In this document: one piece after another, positions 14,768 to 23,245 of the stretch
Layout of the letters: every line of letters begins with the position of its first letter
Position numbering within the stretch: the first letter of the stretch is position 1
Virus record (IMG/VR): IMGVR_UViG_3300043466_002666
Direction: 5' to 3' (one strand)
DNA: 64,000 bases
Source of the DNA: a virus
Translations under genes and position numbers: made by a program
The notes under the pieces: model-generated
Seen by the model: the letters and a program-made list of their open reading frames with translations, nothing else
Told to the model about the DNA's origin: nothing
The model's database searches: none

Positions 14768-15101
14768 CTTTCTCTCCGAATAGTTTGATAAAGTACTCTG
14801 CGTCTATTACGACTAATGGTTTCTTGTGGTTCTTTTTCATGACCACTACTGGTTCATAATCACCACAATTTGCTTTAGCTTGTTCATATGCTTCCCAGAC
14901 ATTTAACTTCTCAACATTTTTACATTCTATTGAGAAAGGAAATTTACTTCTAGCTGCTCTAGCCATGATCAAATCTTCACCTCCAGCACCCATAGATCTA
15001 GATTCAATATCTTCAGGATGTATATCTAGTTCTTCTATGAGTTGATCTCTAACCCACTTTTGTAAATTCCTACCTTTAGCTTTAGCACTCTGAGGTTTCA
15101 T
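14754..15101 (-). CDS. Holliday-junction-resolvase-like PD-(D/E)xK nuclease
   Basis: SAKAKGRNLQ...GEDL...SIECKN. Confidence 0.75.
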   Translation of the reverse strand: MKPQSAKAKGRNLQKWVRDQLIEELDIHPEDIESRSMGAGGEDLIMARAARSKFPFSIECKNVEKLNVWEAYEQAKANCGDYEPVVVMKKNHKKPLVVIDAEYFIKLFGEKDGQN

Positions 15102-15130
15102 AATATATCTCTAATAACTTAGAATATTTA

Positions 15131-15178
15131 TCTGAACCCTGACAGAGTTATTGTACAGGGTTTCTTGGGTCTTGTCAA
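15131..15178 (-). promoter_or_regulatory. Sigma70 promoter with conserved downstream 14-mer (repeat copy A)
   Basis: TTGACA-17-TACAAT-AAC-TC-TGTCAGGGTTCAGA. Confidence 0.65.
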
Positions 15179-15364
15179 GCCCCCCCTTCTTTCAGGAATT
15201 AAACAGCTTATATGGCCAGTTAAAGGGGTCTATGACCCTTTCCCTAGTCAGCCCAGTTTAAAGGCCATAAACCGCTGTTTTTTAGGAGATTTTACTGGAA
15301 GTCCCAGACACAAAAAAGCCACCTACCTAGTCGGCAGATGGCTTGGATTACTTAAATATTTGGT

Positions 15365-16519
15365 TTATCCATCGTAGCTTCTTCTTGAACCAGTTTCAAC
15401 ATCTTGCCTACGCTGAGTTCCTACTACTGCATTCAATCTAGATCTTAATTTAGCTGCCTTCTTTTGCTCAGATGTTTTACCATCCCATTCAGTTGGAGTG
15501 TTATCTTTCCAATCATCATGCCTGCCAATATTTGCTTCACGACTTCTTGGTAGTTTAGTTGTTTTTGGGGATTGTGGCCTTTCTGGATATGGTGCAGTAA
15601 ATCCTTCAACAATTACATCAATCCAATCTTCACTCATGTTAACCATGATGTTTTCTGCTGAATCTACAGTATCAGCATATCCTTCTTCTAGAAGGTGGTC
15701 TAGAACTACATCATATACATCTACATCTTCACCTAGTCTTGATGCAAGATTTCCTGCTTTAGTAGATACCTTTCTAGCAACTCTGCCTAGGAAACCTCCA
15801 CCAGCTTTCTTTGCAGCAGAACCTGCTGCTTGCATCTTAGCTTGAGCAGCATCACCGGCAGTTTTAACGCCAGTCACTGCTCTTTGGCCGGTAGATTGAA
15901 CCGCACCCTTTACCTTTTCTACTCCACGCTGAAGCTTACTAGCAGCTCTTGATGCAAGGTGACCAACAACCTGTGAGCGAATGCCTCTACGAACAGAAGG
16001 ATCTTTTGAAGCCTGCTTCATACCAATAGAGGTTCTATTGAGTGGCTTACCCTTCTTGCTTGATACTAGGCCATGCTTAGCAGCATAATCACCTGCAGCG
16101 GTGTCTACAGCCTTTCTAGCTCTAGCTACAGCCTTACCAGGAGCATCCTTGACTGCTTGAACTTGACGCTGACGGGCAGCAGATACAACAGCTTGCCTTC
16201 TAGCTTGTTGACGCATTGCAGTACCCTGACCAGATGTTACTGGTGCAGAACGCCTATCAGTACTTAGTTTAGTATATCCACCACGACCTTTAGTTACAGT
16301 AGCCTCGGAGAAAATCTCATCTAAAGCTTCTTCAATATCTAATAATTCATATCCCTCTTCAAGCATAGCTTCGATTGTTTCTTCAACAATCTCTTCAATC
16401 TCACCATCATAGAGATAATTAATATCCTCAAGAAGTTCTACTTCTTCAGATAATGTTTCTCTTACTTCATCGTTATAAACGGCAAAGTATGATTCGTAAA
16501 GTCTTTGAGTTTCTGTCAT
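15365..16519 (-). CDS. Hypothetical protein with acidic/basic modules (possible internal head protein)
   Basis: DVYDVVLDHLLEEGYADT...MVNMSEDW module; late promoter at 16551. Confidence 0.7.
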   Translation of the reverse strand: MTETQRLYESYFAVYNDEVRETLSEEVELLEDINYLYDGEIEEIVEETIEAMLEEGYELLDIEEALDEIFSEATVTKGRGGYTKLSTDRRSAPVTSGQGTAMRQQARRQAVVSAARQRQVQAVKDAPGKAVARARKAVDTAAGDYAAKHGLVSSKKGKPLNRTSIGMKQASKDPSVRRGIRSQVVGHLASRAASKLQRGVEKVKGAVQSTGQRAVTGVKTAGDAAQAKMQAAGSAAKKAGGGFLGRVARKVSTKAGNLASRLGEDVDVYDVVLDHLLEEGYADTVDSAENIMVNMSEDWIDVIVEGFTAPYPERPQSPKTTKLPRSREANIGRHDDWKDNTPTEWDGKTSEQKKAAKLRSRLNAVVGTQRRQDVETGSRRSYDG

Positions 16520-16550
16520 TGGAGTTTCTATAAATGTTACTTTATAGTAT

Positions 16551-16558
16551 TATTTATA
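16551..16558 (-). promoter_or_regulatory. Late promoter TATAAATA
   Basis: Exact consensus. Confidence 0.7.
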
Positions 16559-16574
16559 AAAACTCCAGTATTAA

Positions 16575-17738
16575 TCAGAGTTTAAATCCAGAGAAAGTAT
16601 CTTTCTTCATGTCTTGTTTGATACCACCAATTACATAGCTCTCAATTTCAGTTTCCTGTGGAGCATTCTGCATCATCTTGGAATTGAGCCAATGCTCAGT
16701 CCAAGGAAGAGGATTGTTTGACATGGAGATATCAAACATTGGCTTGATACCAATTGCTTTCATTCTACGATTTGCAATATACTCAACATATGAAGAAAGT
16801 AATTTAGCATTTAGACCAATCATAGAACCATCCTTGAATAGATACTCCGCCCATGCTTTCTCTTCATTAACTGCACGAACATACATCTGCTTAACATTAT
16901 TTTCTTCCTCAGCAATAATATCTAACATCTGAGGATCATCACCATTCTTCCAGTTCTTGATAATGTTTTGAGTGATCACAAGATGCTGAGATTCATCACG
17001 AGCAATTAGAGAAATGATCTTTGCAGATCCTTCCATGAGTTTTAGTTCACCGAATGCAAAGCTACAAGCAAATGAAACATAGAAACGAATACCCTCAAGA
17101 ATGTTCACATTCATAACTGCACGATAAAGCTTTCGCTTCAGTTCCTTGAGTTCAATCTGTGCAGTTAAATGATCTCCTAGTTCCCAAAGAGTTCCAGAAT
17201 CCCATTGATGAGCACACTGAATTAGATCATCATATGCTTCAGTTACACTAGTTGCACGTTCTAGAATCTTTTCATCATTTAGAATAGTATCAAATACTTC
17301 TGTCACATCAGAATAGACATTCTTGATGATGTAGGTATATGAACGACTATGAATCATCTCCATAGTTTCCCAAATGGTCATGCAAGCTTCCAGTTCAGGA
17401 AGTGAACAGTATGGAATAAATGCAAGACCAGGACCACGACCCTGTACAGAATCAAGCATGATCTGATACTTCAGGTTGGAAGTAAAGATATGCTTTTGCT
17501 CAGGACGAAGAGTTTGATAATCTGCACGATCTTTTTGGAGGGAGACCTCCTCAGGTCTCCAGAAGTATCCAAGTTGTTGTTGAGTTAGCTTTTCAAAGAT
17601 AGGATACTTGTAGCTATCATATCTTTGAACTCCAAGTGGTTTACCAAAAAACATTGGTTGCTTTTTGGTATCTACATGATTACTATTAAATACGGTCATA
17701 CCTTTGATTTCACTGTTTGTATTTTTGATGAATTGCAT
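16575..17738 (-). CDS. nrdB: Ribonucleotide reductase class Ia beta subunit
   Basis: FWRPEEVSL, ExIHSRSY, EGIRFY, DESQH. Confidence 0.96.
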   Translation of the reverse strand: MQFIKNTNSEIKGMTVFNSNHVDTKKQPMFFGKPLGVQRYDSYKYPIFEKLTQQQLGYFWRPEEVSLQKDRADYQTLRPEQKHIFTSNLKYQIMLDSVQGRGPGLAFIPYCSLPELEACMTIWETMEMIHSRSYTYIIKNVYSDVTEVFDTILNDEKILERATSVTEAYDDLIQCAHQWDSGTLWELGDHLTAQIELKELKRKLYRAVMNVNILEGIRFYVSFACSFAFGELKLMEGSAKIISLIARDESQHLVITQNIIKNWKNGDDPQMLDIIAEEENNVKQMYVRAVNEEKAWAEYLFKDGSMIGLNAKLLSSYVEYIANRRMKAIGIKPMFDISMSNNPLPWTEHWLNSKMMQNAPQETEIESYVIGGIKQDMKKDTFSGFKL

Positions 17739-17749
17739 GTAAATTCTCC

Positions 17750-20050
17750 TTAGATTTTGCAGCTTTCGCAGTCGTCTTCGGTCTCTAGTTGCGAGACTAG
17801 TTGTGATAGAGCATCCGTTTTCTCTTCCGTATCACCATCAGATTTACTATCATATGTATTTTGATAGTATGATGTCTTCCAGCCATACTTATATGTTGTC
17901 AGTAGATCTTGTGCCATTACTGATGCTGGCACTTCATTATCTGGATAGTTTTCTGGGTTGTAGCTCCAGTTACCACTGATTGCCTGATCAAAGAACTTTT
18001 GCATCACAGCAACAATATTAATGTAACCAGTGTTATTAGGCATGTCCCAAAGAAGCGTATAGTTCTTCTTGAGGGTTTGATAGCTAGGAACAATTTGCTT
18101 AAGCGGACCTTTCTTTGATTTCTTAACGGACAAGTAATCTCTAGGTGGTTCAATTCCGTTGGTTTCATTTGACACAACGGAACTGCTTTCCGAAGGCATT
18201 TGTGCGGACAACGTGCTATGTCGTAGACCATGTGTTTGAATCTCGGAACGTAAAGTCTCCCAATCATAGTTCAGTTCGTTAGGTACTATTTCGTCTACAT
18301 CTGTTTTATAGGTGTCGATGGGAAGAATTCCTTGAGAATACTTTGTACGATTAAAATATTCACATGCACCCTTTTCTTGAGCAAGTTTATTAGAAGCTTT
18401 CAATAGATGATATTGAAATGATTCAGTCAAATCATGGACTAGTTTCCAAGACTCACGATCTTCATATTTCACACCATGTCTAGCCAGATAATGTGCAAGC
18501 CCAATATAACCGATTCCAAGTGAACGACGAGACTTTGTAGAAACTCTAGCAGCTTCAACTGGATAATCTTGATAATCAATTAGTTCATCCAAAGCACGAA
18601 TTGAAAGATCACAAAGTTCTTCCATTTCATTTAGATTATTCAATTTACCAACATTAACTGCAGAGAGAATACAAAGTGCAATCTCACCTTGTGGATCATC
18701 AATATGATTGATTGGTACAGTTGGAAGTGTGATCTCTTGGCAGAGATTACTCATGTTCACTTTGTCAAGGAAAGAACTATGTGAATTACAATGGTCAATA
18801 TTCATGATGTAAATACGACCAGTCTCTGCACGTTCTTTGAGAAGATCCAGAAACAGTTCCTGTGCATTTACAGTTTTTCTTGGAATAGACTGATCTCGTT
18901 CTGCACCCACATACATGTCATCAAACGAATCAGTCCCAAAAGCATCATACAAACCAGGAACGTCGTGTGGAGAGAATAGAGAAATTTCTTCATTTGTGAT
19001 GAACCTCTCATAGAATAGTTTTGAGATCTGAATGCTATAGTCTAGCTTACGAACTCGGTTATCCTCGGTTCCCTTATTGTTTTTTAATACTAGGATGTCT
19101 TCTATTTCTTGGTGCCAAATAGGGAAGTGAACTGTAGCCGACCCACCACGAATGCCGTTTTGAGTGCAACATCTGACCGTCGCTTCAAATTTCTTGAGGA
19201 AGGGTATAACTCCAGTATGGGCAACCTCACCACCACGAATTTTGCTATTGAGACCTCTGATCCTGCCTGCGTTAATACCGATTCCAGCACGCTGAGCCAC
19301 ATAACGGCCAATAGCCATGTCAGAGCTGAAGATAGAATTGAGAGAATCGTCAGAATCAATAAGCACGCAAGAAGCAAATTGACGAAGAGGGGTTCTAACA
19401 CCTGCCATAATTGGTGTTGGAATGTTAATTCTGTGCTTGGAGATTGCGTTGTAATATCGTCGGACATATTCTAGTCGAGTTGATTGTGGATATTCTGCAA
19501 AAATAGTTGCAGAAATTAACATGTACATGTATTGAGGAGTTTCATAAATTTTCTTTGAACTCCTATCCTGTACAAGATATTTGTCTACTACTTGACGAAG
19601 ACCAGCATAAGTAAAAATATAATCTCTTTCATGATCAATCCAGGAATTAATTTTATCCCATTCTTCATCAGTGTATTTGCCAGATAGGGCTTTATCATAT
19701 ACACCATTCATGATACCTTGGTACAGGTGATCACCTATTGAGGGGAACCCGTTCTTCCAATTAGCTCCAAAGACTTGTTTATATAAGCCGAACAAAAGAA
19801 GACGAGCAGCAACATACTGGTAATTTGGATTATCAAGACTAATGAGGTCACTAGCTGACCGAACCAAGATTTCTTGAATTTCATCAGTTGTAATTCCATC
19901 ATAAAATTGTAGTCCAGATTGAATTTCAACTTGAGATGCACTTACTCCAGCAAGCCCTCCACAAGCACATTCAACCATATTGTGAATCTTGTCCAAATCT
20001 AAAGATTCCAGAGTACCATTACGTTTTTTTACTTTAGTACCGTTACTCAT
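17750..20050 (-). CDS. nrdA: Ribonucleotide reductase class Ia alpha subunit
   Basis: ATP cone, PTPIMAG, SNLCQEI, C-terminal CESCKI. Confidence 0.97.
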   Translation of the reverse strand: MSNGTKVKKRNGTLESLDLDKIHNMVECACGGLAGVSASQVEIQSGLQFYDGITTDEIQEILVRSASDLISLDNPNYQYVAARLLLFGLYKQVFGANWKNGFPSIGDHLYQGIMNGVYDKALSGKYTDEEWDKINSWIDHERDYIFTYAGLRQVVDKYLVQDRSSKKIYETPQYMYMLISATIFAEYPQSTRLEYVRRYYNAISKHRINIPTPIMAGVRTPLRQFASCVLIDSDDSLNSIFSSDMAIGRYVAQRAGIGINAGRIRGLNSKIRGGEVAHTGVIPFLKKFEATVRCCTQNGIRGGSATVHFPIWHQEIEDILVLKNNKGTEDNRVRKLDYSIQISKLFYERFITNEEISLFSPHDVPGLYDAFGTDSFDDMYVGAERDQSIPRKTVNAQELFLDLLKERAETGRIYIMNIDHCNSHSSFLDKVNMSNLCQEITLPTVPINHIDDPQGEIALCILSAVNVGKLNNLNEMEELCDLSIRALDELIDYQDYPVEAARVSTKSRRSLGIGYIGLAHYLARHGVKYEDRESWKLVHDLTESFQYHLLKASNKLAQEKGACEYFNRTKYSQGILPIDTYKTDVDEIVPNELNYDWETLRSEIQTHGLRHSTLSAQMPSESSSVVSNETNGIEPPRDYLSVKKSKKGPLKQIVPSYQTLKKNYTLLWDMPNNTGYINIVAVMQKFFDQAISGNWSYNPENYPDNEVPASVMAQDLLTTYKYGWKTSYYQNTYDSKSDGDTEEKTDALSQLVSQLETEDDCESCKI

Positions 20051-21027
20051 ACTTTCTTCCATGTAGTAAATTTAACTTTAGCTTCCAACCCTTGAAATGT
20101 GTTTTCTTTGATTATTTGCTGTGGGTTGAGTCCAGAAATAACCATATCATTAATATCTTTTTCTTTTATGGTGCTTGGCCAAATAACGACCTTTTCTCCT
20201 GCAGTGATAAGCTTGTCATACCTCTGGACAATCTGAAGATTTCTTGGTTCATTATCCAATACAAAAATTCTGTCTCGGTAAATAGATTTTTCCAGATGCA
20301 CATCAGATCCACACATGGCAATTGCATTAGACAGAAAAAGAGAGTCAAATGGACCCTCTGTAACATAGATGGTTTTATCGAAGTCTAAAGAATCAAGTCC
20401 AAATAATTTAACGTACTTATCATCCAGGATGGTAGTAATATAGCGTAGTTTTGCAGTTTTGTCAAGAGCCCTTCCCTGGAATCCAAAAAGTTTTCCACTT
20501 TTGGACATGAGGGGGATGACGATTCTAGACTCTTTAAGTTTTGTGTCTGTTTTGGCCCAAGCATGAAAATCCTCTGCGTAATAGAACTTAGAAAAATATT
20601 TTTCTGGTATTTGCCTGTTGGAAAGATATTCTCTTGCTGGGTGTGAATTATTTAGTTCTGATATTTTTTTGAGTTCGGATAGTGGAGTCTTCTTGAAAAC
20701 TGGCTTTTGAAATTCAAACTTAGGTTCTTCAGTGTTTGTTCCACGACCAGTCAGTCCAGACTTAAATCTCTCCATCACGTATTCATCGTGAAGAGTTACA
20801 TCTAGATCTTTTAAAAAATTACTGAGAGTTCTACCCACTCCACAGTTATGGCATTTGAATACCATATCTGCATTCTTTCGATAGAAAAATCCCCTTGCAC
20901 GGTTTTTGTATTTTGCAGAGTCACCGCAATAAGGGCATCTGAAGTTATATAAATTATCTTGCTTCTTTTGAAATTTACTTAGTCTAATTGAAATGAGGTT
21001 AATGTATTTGTGGTCAATGTAACTCAT
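20047..21027 (-). CDS. gp61: DNA primase (T4 gp61)
   Basis: NFRCPYCGDS...CHNCG, EGPFDSLF, DNEPRN. Confidence 0.95.
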   Translation of the reverse strand: MSYIDHKYINLISIRLSKFQKKQDNLYNFRCPYCGDSAKYKNRARGFFYRKNADMVFKCHNCGVGRTLSNFLKDLDVTLHDEYVMERFKSGLTGRGTNTEEPKFEFQKPVFKKTPLSELKKISELNNSHPAREYLSNRQIPEKYFSKFYYAEDFHAWAKTDTKLKESRIVIPLMSKSGKLFGFQGRALDKTAKLRYITTILDDKYVKLFGLDSLDFDKTIYVTEGPFDSLFLSNAIAMCGSDVHLEKSIYRDRIFVLDNEPRNLQIVQRYDKLITAGEKVVIWPSTIKEKDINDMVISGLNPQQIIKENTFQGLEAKVKFTTWKKV

Positions 21028-21440
21028 TTTTTGGTGGTTTGCTCAGTCCCTCCATTATAGGGCATACCGAGCATGTTGTCAACAAGGGGAACCACCAGAC
21101 CGACCACTAAAATAACTGCCCCTGAGATGGCGGCTACCTGCCACCTAAATTTTAATAAATCTCCAACAGTTTTTTCTACTTCTGAAACTCTTTCAATAAC
21201 TTTTTTATGATCTTCGGTATTTGATTTTTTCATCTCATTCACCATCTGAATAATTACTTCATCAGACTTAGTTGAGTTCTCCAGTCTTTCTTCATGTATT
21301 GCCAACATTTTACTAATTGTCTGACTTGTTTCACTAATTTTTTCGATAGCTGCATCAATCTTTTTCATCATTTGTTCATAGATGCTAAGTTTTTCTTCTA
21401 GTAATGCTAACTTAGTTTCGGTGGTTTGAGATTGAAACAT
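21024..21440 (-). CDS. Coiled-coil protein with C-terminal TM helix
   Basis: MLAIHEERL motif followed by hydrophobic helix. Confidence 0.7.
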   Translation of the reverse strand: MFQSQTTETKLALLEEKLSIYEQMMKKIDAAIEKISETSQTISKMLAIHEERLENSTKSDEVIIQMVNEMKKSNTEDHKKVIERVSEVEKTVGDLLKFRWQVAAISGAVILVVGLVVPLVDNMLGMPYNGGTEQTTKK

Positions 21441-21453
21441 ACTACCTCTAAAA

Positions 21454-21840
21454 TTACTGTTCTGGAGAAATGCCTCTGTTGGATGCAAATGTAGAAATTT
21501 TTTCAAATCCAGAAGCAGATGAATTAATAGTTTTAATCATTTTAACTCTATTACTAGCATTTAAGTTTCGATACAAGTCAACTAATTTGTTTGCACCATC
21601 AGGAGAAATCTGAGCTTTCTCTCCATTATCAAACATAACGACTCCTTGCTGTCCTGCCAAAGCTATTTGCTTTAGTTGGTCAATTACTTTACCACCACTT
21701 TCAAATAGTCTTTGCTCATTCACTTTTTTTCTTTTCTTTCTTTTTGATGCCGGAATTCCAGGTGGCTCTACACTTGGAGGAATGGATACTGCAGATCCAT
21801 CTCCAACACAATTAGCAGCAACTTCTTCGTTATAGTTCAT
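21454..21840 (-). CDS. Hypothetical protein
   Basis: 128-aa ORF, ATGA overlap. Confidence 0.7.
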   Translation of the reverse strand: MNYNEEVAANCVGDGSAVSIPPSVEPPGIPASKRKKRKKVNEQRLFESGGKVIDQLKQIALAGQQGVVMFDNGEKAQISPDGANKLVDLYRNLNASNRVKMIKTINSSASGFEKISTFASNRGISPEQ

Positions 21841-22199
21841 ATTTTACTAAGCTCTTCTAAACAATAACTATCAGGTGTTATATGTGAAATTGAATTTGGC
21901 TCTAGCCTATCCAAAAATATTACAAAAGACTTCAAGTATTTCCAGTATTCCGGTTCAATTTTAAAAAATAAAATTGGAGTTGCTGCATCACCAAAAATAT
22001 TATATACAACTATAATATGATTTAACAAAAGATGAGTTTTGAGAATTCCTGTTTTATCATAACGTTTGAGTAATCTTTTGATATACTTAAATCGTTTTAG
22101 GTCTTCAAAAAAATCATCTTTTGTCATTGCATTTGGGTTGTCATAATGTTTAATTGCAAATAACAAAAAGTTGTCATCATTCAATTCATTAAATCTCAT
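21837..22199 (-). CDS. Conserved T4-like hypothetical protein
   Basis: LLFAIKHYDNP...EDLKRFKYIKRLL...LLNHII. Confidence 0.8.
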   Translation of the reverse strand: MRFNELNDDNFLLFAIKHYDNPNAMTKDDFFEDLKRFKYIKRLLKRYDKTGILKTHLLLNHIIVVYNIFGDAATPILFFKIEPEYWKYLKSFVIFLDRLEPNSISHITPDSYCLEELSKI

Positions 22200-22205
22200 A
22201 TGTTA

Positions 22206-22814
22206 TCAGGTACCAAATGTTAGAGTTGCAGTTCTAGAAATAACTTCTTCAGTACCACCAGCAGACGTGATCTTCACTCTATACTTGTAACCAGTAACTG
22301 CTGAAGTAGCACCAGTTAAAGTTAGGGTGTGAGTTGTGGAGCCGGTGTAAATTCCAGTGTTGGTAAGATTTGTCCAACGAGTTCCGGTTGTAGTTTGAAC
22401 CTGCCACTGATAAGCAAGAGTTCCTGGAGTTCCAGTTGTAGTGGTTTGACCGTTAACTGTAAATGTTGCTCCACCGGATGATGTAGTAGCATTCTGTGGA
22501 TATGCAACGTTAATTGTTACTGCTGATGCAACATCTGCAGCAATTGTATCATCAGCTTGAGTTTCGTTTGCATTGGTATCTGGATTGCCAAGTGCAACTA
22601 GCTTTTCTGCTTTATGGCGAGTATTTCCTGCAGCATCAGTATAAGTGAAGTAGGACCACCAACCAGGACCATCAATACCACGGGTACGGTTCTCGTTTAG
22701 TCTTGCTTCAGTTTCATCAACGAAAACAATTGTTTTTGCTTGTGCTGAAGCAGCAATAGTTCTTTCAACTTTAGTCTTATTTGCGTTAGAATCAGTTCTT
22801 CCGTATAGAGACAT
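22206..22814 (-). CDS. Virion structural protein with Ig-like domain
   Basis: MSLYG start, PGWW, YQWQ...GYKYRV Ig motif; late promoter 22846-22853. Confidence 0.7.
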   Translation of the reverse strand: MSLYGRTDSNANKTKVERTIAASAQAKTIVFVDETEARLNENRTRGIDGPGWWSYFTYTDAAGNTRHKAEKLVALGNPDTNANETQADDTIAADVASAVTINVAYPQNATTSSGGATFTVNGQTTTTGTPGTLAYQWQVQTTTGTRWTNLTNTGIYTGSTTHTLTLTGATSAVTGYKYRVKITSAGGTEEVISRTATLTFGT

Positions 22815-22865
22815 TTAAACCCCTCTTGAATTTTTATTCTATTAATATTTATAAAAAATGGGGAG

Positions 22866-23018
22866 TTACCTCCCCAGCATACGCCTTATAGTGTTTTTAG
22901 TAAAATCTATTATATTATTTTCTTTGAATCGTTTTGTTTTGCCAAGATATTCAGAAAAACTGAGGAGTAAAATTAAAATTAACTCAACCCCCCAGTTCAA
23001 CAGCAAACATTCAATCAC
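22866..23018 (-). CDS. Small membrane protein (50 aa, GTG start), not in ORF track
   Basis: MIECLLLNWGVELILILLLSFSEYLGKTKRFKEN...; GTGA overlap; terminator follows. Confidence 0.55.
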   Translation of the reverse strand: MIECLLLNWGVELILILLLSFSEYLGKTKRFKENNIIDFTKNTIRRMLGR

Positions 23019-23188
23019 TTACAATTCTTTAGAAGTGCAGTTCGTACAGTTGCTGCGATTACATTATCAATATCATTATCAGTGGTATTCACATAGCGAT
23101 CAAGTAGTTCAACTACAAGACGCTTAGTATGACAAGAATTCATTGCTGCAAGTAGTAGTGGTTTTACTACTTCTACTAATACTCCCAT
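23015..23188 (-). CDS. Hypothetical protein
   Basis: KRLVVELL..YV..TDNDIDN motif. Confidence 0.7.
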   Translation of the reverse strand: MGVLVEVVKPLLLAAMNSCHTKRLVVELLDRYVNTTDNDIDNVIAATVRTALLKNCK

Positions 23189-23245
23189 GATTTTTCTCCG
23201 AAAAGGATTCACTTCTATTTATTTTAGTCGAATCTTGAAGGCAAC

